Positions 50,732-59,065 of a stretch of DNA of 59,065 nucleotides are shown here, piece by piece. The position numbers and the translations under genes are program-made. The notes beneath the pieces are model-generated. The model did no database searches and was not told the DNA's origin. It was given only the letters and a program-made list of their open reading frames with translations. The stretch comes from Octopus bimaculoides (lineage: Eukaryota): assembly GCF_001194135.2 (NCBI RefSeq), contig NC_068986.1:102940221-102999285 (forward strand). Direction: 5' to 3'. The first letter of the stretch is position 1. Each line of letters starts with the position of its first letter.

Positions 50732-51699
50732 TTAGTATTTCAGAGTACCCATGGAACAAATGTAAACATATGAGTCGATATCGCACAGAGTAGAACATTT
50801 CCAGAAGAATTTAAGTGAAATGAGATTATAATATGGTATCCTATGTTCGTGGCTCAGGACGCTTTTAAATTATAAATCATTTGATTTACCCATAAATGGC
50901 TTTTCACTTTCATTTGAATATTTTGAATAATGTTGCAAAGGGGCAAATGGAATTAGTTGACTTTAATTAAGGATATCGGAAGTAGAATGTACATTTGTCT
51001 TATTGCTATGATATATTAACCCTCCTAGTGTCTCACTCACAAACAATACTGGTTTGTTTCACTATCTCTTAATTTAAAGGCTCTATAATTTAGCATCAAT
51101 GTTAAGTTATTGATCCAAGCGTATAATAGGTCTAAGGGAAGTGGAATAGATTCAATTAAGGATTCAATTAAGTTGTGCCCTAAAGTTAACACGCTGGCGA
51201 CTGACCATGACAAGATTTATTTACATAACTCAGCAATAATCGCTTCATACATTGGCTCTAGATCAGACCTGTCTAGTATGACTACGTTGCAACGTATTAA
51301 TTCGAGATCTATGATTCATAGCATCCATTGCTAACCAATAAGCGAATTTAACTTAGTACTGCACACCAATTATATTAACTCGATTGTAATTACTATGGTT
51401 TCCGATTGAAATGATGCAATCAGTAGATAAATTGACGTCACATTCCAGATTAACAAACACGCAGACGTATGCATGTGTGTGTATGTGCGTGCGTATGAAG
51501 AAATGTATACACTATATTTCCGACACACAGAGAAATACGCACTTTTTATACTGAAAAATCTATGCTCGTTACAAAACACTTGCTCGAAAGAATGTGTAGG
51601 TTATAAACTTGGAGAGAAGATCGTAACAAGTGAATTTTGAAACTGTAAGTAACACGAAACAATCTAATCAGTTGATGATAGAATTACCGCTTTGTTCCA

Positions 51700-52150
51700 A
51701 AATATTCTACCATCATGTGGGAAAATCCATTATACCGTGGCCAAGGAATGTCCGATTTTTACTAGCGAAGACTTCTTTACTATAGAAAAACTCTTCCAGG
51801 TGAATTTTTACATCTACAGCATAGTTGAAGGTCCGCGCATTCAATGAAATTTGAAGAGAATGAAGCAGGTGGAAATCTTAAGGCGAAAGGTCAAGGGAAT
51901 ATCGAGAGAATGGCAAAAATTCCATGTCAAGGTAGTAACTTATTCCGCATCTGCAAAGACGTGTGTAGTCTGGCAAATGTCGTGAAGAAAAGCAATGGTT
52001 TTACGATTAGCAAGTAGTGGACGCTTCAGGATGATCGCTGCATTTAATCTGTCCATTTGGTCAGAGTACACATCCCAATTGATCGTCATGTCAATGAGAA
52101 GGGACTCATAAAACACATTCTTCCAGTTTCATCAAACTAAAAGTATAAGC
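51700..52150 (-). mobile_element. CR1/L2-like RT remnant
   Basis: Minus strand VFYESLL, LLANRK, ISTCFILF and NYAVDV in the order of VWH..LL, FL.NR, LSP.LF..F and YADD. Confidence 0.4.
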
Positions 52151-52389
52151 CACTACCGGTAAGGCCTTGCTTTGCAAATGTCTTGTGATTCACTCTCTTT
52201 CCCCTATGATCAATTTGCGTTTTACCTTGTTATTCACAATCCGTTATTCTTCTCTTGTCACCACTCTCTTCAAAAAAAGGATCGTTTCTTCACATACAAC
52301 AAACCGTAGATGGAAATCCGTTAGGCGTAGTTAGCTTTATTCAAATGAGTCAAACAACGTATATGTTGAACTAACCACGTTGTGGCCGA

Positions 52390-52700
52390 TGGTTTTCAAA
52401 ACTCCATTTGAATGTGTGATCTTATAACGGGGTTAGTGTCGCTGTTAAATTCAGTTGGCTGACCAGAGAGAAGTGCATCTTCAACCAAATAACCTTCCCA
52501 ACCGAAATCTTGGAAACCACAACTGGCACATGATTCTTAATAATATCATTTCAATACGCAAAGCATATTTTCCTTCAGGTTTCCATCGCTTTCTTCCCTG
52601 TTTTAAAGAAAAAAATCTGAAGGCGTCCATAATATTCGTTTTGGCTCTCAATTTTCAGTAGGACCCCAAGCATGCAAAGTACAACCCGAATCGTCGAAAT
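52390..52700 (-). mobile_element. Mariner transposase N-terminal (HTH) remnant
   Basis: Across frameshifts: GKKAMET.RKICFAY, MCQLWFPRFRLG, EDALLSGQPTEFNSD (consensus CQ.WF.RFR.G, ED.PRSGRP.E.D.D). Confidence 0.7.
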
Positions 52701-53007
52701 TTCGCGTCGCACTTCGTGAAAGTGTCAAGTAACTAACAATTATGCAGGCGCAAGGGACAGGCTGAAATTATGTATTTATAAGAGTACTTTAAATTTAATG
52801 TCGACACAAGCCGAACTTCCCTCAAATACATCTTAAATCTCTATGCTGCCCAACACCGGATAAAAGGAGACGTTGAAAGAAAACAGAAATCCCGCCCTTT
52901 TAGCCCGATCAAACTGTATAAATGGATAACGATTATATAATTCTTTCTAATTTTGACACAGGGTCTGAACATTTTTTAAAGCCGATTACAACAACCCTCG
53001 TGCTTAA

Positions 53008-53146
53008 CTAATACTTAATTTATCGACCATGAATTGATGAAAGTGAAGTCCGAATTTGACGACAATCGAAATTAAAACATAAGTGCCTTAAGGTAGGTGA
53101 CTCAGCATTTTCTCCGGTATAGTAAAGATTCTGGCATTTTGTCGCT
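53008..53146 (-). mobile_element. Decayed S2 SINE
   Basis: TACTTAATTTATCGACC...GATGAAAG core; GATTCTGGCATTTTGTCGC head. Confidence 0.45.
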
Positions 53147-55284
53147 TTTTGTATAACAATTATGTAAAAGTTCTACAGATGTGTATCTCATAGACTAGAA
53201 TTTAGTGGCCTTGAGCCAATTAAAAAGGAAAACAATGTCTACGTTACTACTAAATACTTCTTGAATACCATTCACACAAACACATACATAGAAAAATATA
53301 AAAGAAATTTTGGAGTTAAATGTTTTAGTCATGGTCTAATCGTTATAACCAGAGGTGAGTATGTATACATCGGTCCGCAGTATTGATCTGTGTCATTGTC
53401 ATTCGCTCAATGATCAGTATAGTTGACTACAAATGTCTTTAATTTGCATAGAATGTTAACGCCTCATTTAACGTAATTTCTTCCTTAATTGAAATATTTC
53501 ATTATATGCTTTACCTGACTGAATGAGAATAATAGCTTGCCGATCGGAGAAGAGATTTTCAATGACAGCAACAATTACGGGCCGTATCACGTAACACACA
53601 AAAGTTCTTCTGAATCCGTTTATCGGCAGACGGCAAATTCATTATGCAAATATAAATGTAGATGCTAGCCAGATTCAACTATAGCTGTCTTGATTGTTCC
53701 TTTTGTCAAATATAACTCGTATTTAGTAATATTGAAAATCAGTTTCGCCAATTAAACCTGGTAATTAGTAGCTTTATCGGAGTACAACAGTGGGAGCCGT
53801 CCACTGGCTGAGATCGATTGTTCTATTTTAATTGTTCAGCGTAATGTTATGTATGTTGTTGCAGTAAGCGTCACTTTGTGTCGTTATTCGCCTCATTTCC
53901 TGCGACACATCACATCCAGGATTCAGTTTGAACTCTTTATGTAACTAGATCTCTTCATTTGTCAAATTGTTCGGGTTTCATGTCGTGTGCTTAGCTAGCT
54001 TCGTCGTTGAAGTTCACTACGGTTGATTGATTTTGTTACAATTCCAATCACTGAAAGACATTACGGTGATTTGCATTTATATCACGTTTGCGTTTCTCGT
54101 ATAAGATTGCATGAATATCTGAACGTACTCACACACACCGACACACACACACACACAGACACACACACACACATATATATATACAGATACATAAACACGC
54201 ATGCCCATGTACATACATACACTCACACGGACGCACGCACGCACAAATATTTATAATTAGTATACATGAACTTCGGTATTGCTCTCTAATATGTCAGTCA
54301 TTTAATATAATTGTTTTTGTCACTAAGTCATTGGCTTATACTGTATAAGCTGTTCAATAAATTATGCTCAATAGATTGTATCCGATATAGACTACTTGAT
54401 ACAATTAGTTCTACAATGTTAATTCCACACGACTGAACTATTTACTTGTTTTTGTCAGAAGGCTGTAGATTGAATCAGATCGAATCAGATGTTTATCAGA
54501 CGACCAAATGCTGCGGGGGCAAATATTCCACAATTTCATGGAATCCTTTATTTTATTATAACGACAGTGAGGTTGATTTTTCGTGTCCTACCAACAAGTG
54601 TTTCCTATAGTTAAGAACCCTTCAATATGCATTTATGACAAAAAATATTTAATACATAAGGTAACTAAATAATGTTTTCATATACGCTTTTGTTATTATT
54701 TAACTCCTGGTCGGCCAAAACCTTAGAGTAAAATAGATCTAGCTGTGATTATCATGTGTTTGCTTTTAGGTGAAACTTACGCTCAATTTTCATTACATCT
54801 TCCTTACCTGAACACATTTGGATTGGATTTAAGAAAGATTTGGCTTCTAATTTTAGCATGATAAGCATCGACATAGAAGCTCTGTCGTTAATTCGTAGTT
54901 TTCTAGATTTAGAAGAGTCAAATCTACAATTTTATATCATGTTGCCGCTCTAGATTTAGCCGTTAGTGTTCAATAGAGTATATAATTGAATCAGTAAAAT
55001 AAATTTTATTTTTCAAATCCACCAAGTTCAGTTTTAACTTGCATTCTTCCAGGGTTTGTAACGATTAATGACCTGTCAGCGTATTCTATTCGGTAGATTC
55101 TACAACTAGATTCTAATAAATATAGTTTTCTCTGATTATTGTTCGTTTGGTAACTTTATTAATCATAAAACATTGTACAATACATTGCTTTTGCAAAACC
55201 AAGTATTAACTCTTGATCTAAGTGTGTATCTAAATTTACCCGGTTTGTCTATTGAGGTTAGAAATCCCGAAGATCGATATTGAG

Positions 55285-55447
55285 CACATTATTTACATTT
55301 GGCCGATATTTGTCCTCATCTTGTTTGCTTTTAACACTACGTTTCGGCTGATATACCCTCCAAACTTCATCAGGTGTCTTGGGGGAATTTCGAACCTGGG
55401 TTATCATTCCTAAGATATTTTCGATGTTGTTGTTGTTTTTGTTTTTG

Positions 55448-55531
<84 letters not shown>

Positions 55532-55597
55532 TCACTGCTTGGAATCGAACTCGGAATGTTGGTCTTAGTGCTCTTAACCACTACGCCATATGCCCGT
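55285..55597 (-). mobile_element. S5: tRNA-headed element with (TAA)n spacer, hammerhead ribozyme and PLE-like tail
   Basis: A box TGGCGTAGTGG, B box GAGTTCGATTCC, (TAA)n, HHR at 55333-55378, tail AAACAAGATGAGGACAAATATC; ATCGATATTGAG at 55273-55284 and 55608-55619. Confidence 0.8.
55333..55378 (-). ncRNA. Minimal type-I hammerhead ribozyme
   Basis: GACAC-CTGATGA-A-GTTTG-gagggtatat-CAGCC-GAAA-CG-TA^GTGTT: full core, 5-bp helix I, helix II with one mismatch and one wobble, palindromic ACGT helix III, GUA triplet. Confidence 0.75.
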
Positions 55598-55732
55598 ATA
55601 CAACTGTATCGATATTGAGGTTAAAAATTCCGCACATTCTCAGATTAATAACCTAAACAAAAAAGGTCATTTTATTGATTGATTCGATAGTAAAACGTTC
55701 AATATTTAGTAGGATTTATTAGTAATTGCATT

Positions 55733-55856
55733 AAGGTAAGCTGGCAGAATCATTAACTCGCCGCACAAACTGCTTCAGTGATATCTCTCGGTTCTTTGCG
55801 TTTTGACGTCAAATCCGTCTTTCATCTTTTCTCTGTCGATAAAATAATGTACCGGT
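55733..55856 (+). mobile_element. Decayed S2 SINE
   Basis: AAGCTGGCAGAATCATTA head; CTTTCATCTTTT...GATAAAATAATGTACC core. Confidence 0.55.
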
Positions 55857-56917
55857 ATAGTAGATAGATTTATAAATTTCATAATTAATACCTATTGAAG
55901 AAATATTCATGCAACAAGTTGAAAAAGTCCTCTATACGTTGATTATTTTGCAGTATTTATTTCAGAGTCATACGGTCTGCTTGAAAATCTCGCCGAAGGG
56001 AACTATTTTTATCATTTTCATTTTCAGACCGACAAAATAATCTACCAGTCATATATTAAGAGTCCATAATTTCGACTAAAGCCCTGCCATCAAACTTACT
56101 GTTCGTGTGGCTAAGTTTGAAACATTTTACCAGTGACTACTCTAATTGGTTTACGACCACTCACAAAATAATTATTCATAATTATTTCTAGTATAAACCT
56201 GAAAATCTCTTGTTTTCCTTTAGTCTACTGTATTGTTTGTCTTCATTCATTGAGTATTTTCTACAGTCTCTAAAGGAAACCTCCAAAGAATTGTTTGAAT
56301 TGTTAGTTGTTGTCCTATTGTTTGCACGTTTGTTGCTTTAATGAGATTGTAGTTATCAAACTAAGAGTTGAATAAACATTTATATTACCGGCCTGGTAAA
56401 TATTATAATTGTTCCTTTCAACAATGTCATTACGAAGAAGATTATTAAAAAAACAAAGGAATTTTTACTAAATATTAGCTCAGATGTATTCATTATTCAC
56501 ATTTAAGTTAAGTCTTTTCGGCGCATTATGTATGAAAATAGAGGCAGCATTATGGGATTAGTAATTTAATCTAATATATAATTAACCTAATATACAGCCA
56601 ATATAATCTATGATGCATCAAATATAGCCGAGTAGATATACTGGAGAGAGCGTAATATATTTAAACACGGAGAGGGAGACAGAGACAGAGAGAGAGACAG
56701 AGAGAGAGAGAGAAAGAAAGAGAGAGAAAGGGAGAGAGAATCCAATTCTCTAAGACCACACTTACCGTGAGAGGGAGAGGCATTCTCTCAGAGTTGTCAC
56801 ACACATACACAATAGATTGAATTCTGAGCAGACTCTTAACATTTGTTGCCATATATGTATCTATCCACTCCACGGAGTGCATAGAGTTTTTTTTATCAGA
56901 TAATGTTTGCGCTCTTT

Positions 56918-56975
<58 letters not shown>

Positions 56976-57201
56976 NNNNNNNNNNNNNNNNNNNNNNNNN
57001 NNNNNNNNNNNNNNNNNNNNNNNNNNNNNNNNNNNNNNNNNNNNNNNNNNNNNNNNNNNNNNNNNNNNNNNNNNNNNNNNNNNNNNNNNNNNNNNNNNNN
57101 NNNNNNNNNNNNNNNNNNNNNNNNNNNNNNNNNNNNNNNNNNNNNNNNNNNNNNNNNNNNNNNNNNNNNNNNNNNNNNNNNNNNNNNNNNNNNNNNNNAT
57201 A

Positions 57202-58501
57202 CAGGGTTCGTAAGGCATTTGAGGACATACGCTTTTGGGGCTATTGTTGCAATTGTTGATAAGTCTGTATAATCTTTGTTTTGGAAAATAATAATATCAG
57301 ACCCTCAGCTTACTCAAGAAATGATGAGCGATGCTGTTATTGTGGTTATAAAGGGTGAACTTCGAAATTTTAAAATATCTCAAGTTTTAAAAGAGGCCAG
57401 ATCTTTCGACTACAAAGTTTGTAAGAAGCTAGCGACTAAAGATGGAAACGTATCACCAGTATCAAAAGCATAAAAAGCACTCTAAACGCTCTGAAATCAT
57501 CAGAACACCTGAATTTATCCAGCAAGTTCAACAGACCATTGATTACAATCTCAGAAAGTCCATGGGATCAATTGCAAAATCTCCATGTGTCAGAAGGAAC
57601 AGTCGGAAATGTTGTGACCAGTTTGAAATAAAAACCACGCAGGTAACGTTTAATACTAAAATTATAATTATATAGAAAATTAAACTAAAGGGTGCGGATG
57701 TACCACACCTACACGCTAGAAATAGATGCCAAATGGCTCTAAAACTTACCGCATCACTCCAATAGCACAGGTTGTAAACGGGGAGATGTAAAAATAAATC
57801 TTATATGATGTGGAAAGGTCAATTTGTGAGAAAAACAAAAGAAAAGCACTACATTAGATCTAAAAGGCTCTAAAACAAACTGAAAAATCCAGCAGAAAAA
57901 AAATTTGATTTGGTTTTTTTTAGAACGAGAAAAACTGCCCGAGATCAAAAGTTTAACAGAAGTAATGGCACATGGTTATGTGCAGACCCTTCTGAAGTTC
58001 CAAGTGTTATGCATACAAAATTTCCTGCTATTATCATGGTTTTAGAGGTCATCAGCAATGAAGGACATCTGATGCCTCCTTACTTCTTGCCACTAGGCCT
58101 TAGAGTTAACTCTGCCCCTAATCGAGGCCCTGGAAATAATTGTTAAGCCCTGAACAGGTAGTGTATGCAATGGAAGGCCTTGCGTGTTTCAGTAAAATTC
58201 TGCACTATCACATATGGCTCTAGTAACACAGGAATGGATGGCTGTAATATTTCATGATCGCATAACCCCTAACATTTGGCCTCCTAATTCCCCAGATCTC
58301 AATCCGTTGGACTATTAGATGTGTGGAGAATTGTTGGGAGAGAGGTCAGTGAACACGCCCATAACACCAAAGATTCTATGAAAGCTGCCATAGTCAGAGT
58401 AATGTCCAAAATGAACCAGGACCACTCGATTCGAGCATGGAGAGGATTTAGATCTCATATAGAAGCAATTATTGAAGCTGAAGGTGTGCTTTATTGAATA
58501 A
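57202..58501 (+). mobile_element. maT/DD37D-like Tc1/mariner element, decayed, with an internal insertion near 57612-57850
   Basis: TA|CAGGGT start; RTPEFIQQVQQTID, HTKFPA.IMVL.VISNEG..MPP, WPPNSPDLNPLDY, RGFRSHIEAIIEAEG; stops and frameshifts. Confidence 0.88.
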
Positions 58502-58563
58502 CATTAAGGAAAAGAAGGTTTATTTTTATCCTCAAACCATTTAAAAAAATATATAAATAAAGC

Positions 58564-58800
58564 TATTACCTCCGCCCTAGCGAAGGCGGAGATATTGTTT
58601 TCAGTCGTATTTACCTGCTTGTCCGTGGACAAGATATCTCAAGAACCGCTGGATGGATTCGGGTGAAACTTTCAAAGATGTTTAGCCTTGTGACTGGCAC
58701 GAGCTGATTAGATTTTAGGTTGGATCCAGTCCCGGACAAAAATTCTGGATTGTTTCTAATATATTTTTTTACTTTACATGTATATGTAAAGTTTCACATA
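58564..58800 (+). mobile_element. HINE/DINE-1-like (Helentron-associated) non-autonomous element, 5' part
   Basis: TATTACCTCCGCC-ctagcgaa-GGCGGAG 5' hairpin followed by GTCCG...GATATCTCAAGAACCGCTGGATGGATTC..GAAACTTTC core. Confidence 0.5.
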
Positions 58801-58815
58801 GTTCTCTTCTACACG

Positions 58816-58847
<32 letters not shown>

Positions 58848-59065
58848 CACAAACACACACGTACACACACACGCACAGACAAACATGCACGCAGACATAC
58901 CTCTCTTTTACACGCATATACTCAAACTTCAAACGCTATTTATTGGCTTTCTCACTCGTTCCTTCCTTCATTATTCATCTATCACCTCTTCCTTTCTGAT
59001 TCATACGACGCTCTCTTGGCCTCTTATCTCCTCTACCGTGACCTCTCACTCCGGCTCTATTATAT

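Noticed and set aside
53512-53640. Open frames on both strands, a CAG|GTAAAG donor, a loose hairpin and an ATGCAAAT octamer
   Set aside because: No good acceptor, no recognisable peptide; each signal alone is expected by chance in 59 kb.

Overview
Animal nuclear DNA, most likely a coleoid cephalopod (Octopus-like). This is inferred from the SINE families and the extreme (TA)n/(CA)n load and was not checked by a database search. The window is AT-rich and intronic or intergenic, with many N gaps, most bordered by (TA)n. No protein-coding gene can be called with confidence: the supplied ORFs are microsatellite, N-run or decayed-transposon translations, and only two weak exon candidates remain. 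The window contains at least five tRNA-headed SINE families, remnants of RTE and CR1/L2-like LINEs, mariner and maT(DD37D)-like transposases, several MITE/foldback elements, a HINE/Helentron-like element and many fragments resembling Penelope-like elements (PLEs). The most interesting signal is a set of minimal type-I hammerhead ribozyme (HHR) motifs in several unrelated repeat families. One is a TSD-flanked element joining a tRNA-type Pol III head, a (TAA)n spacer, an HHR and a PLE-like tail (55285-55597, minus). A second insertion of that tail folds back on itself almost exactly at the predicted self-cleavage site (31979-32131). A third family has three copies whose different mutations jointly reconstruct an intact HHR with a palindromic helix III. 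All alignments and folds were done by eye and coordinates of decayed repeats are approximate.
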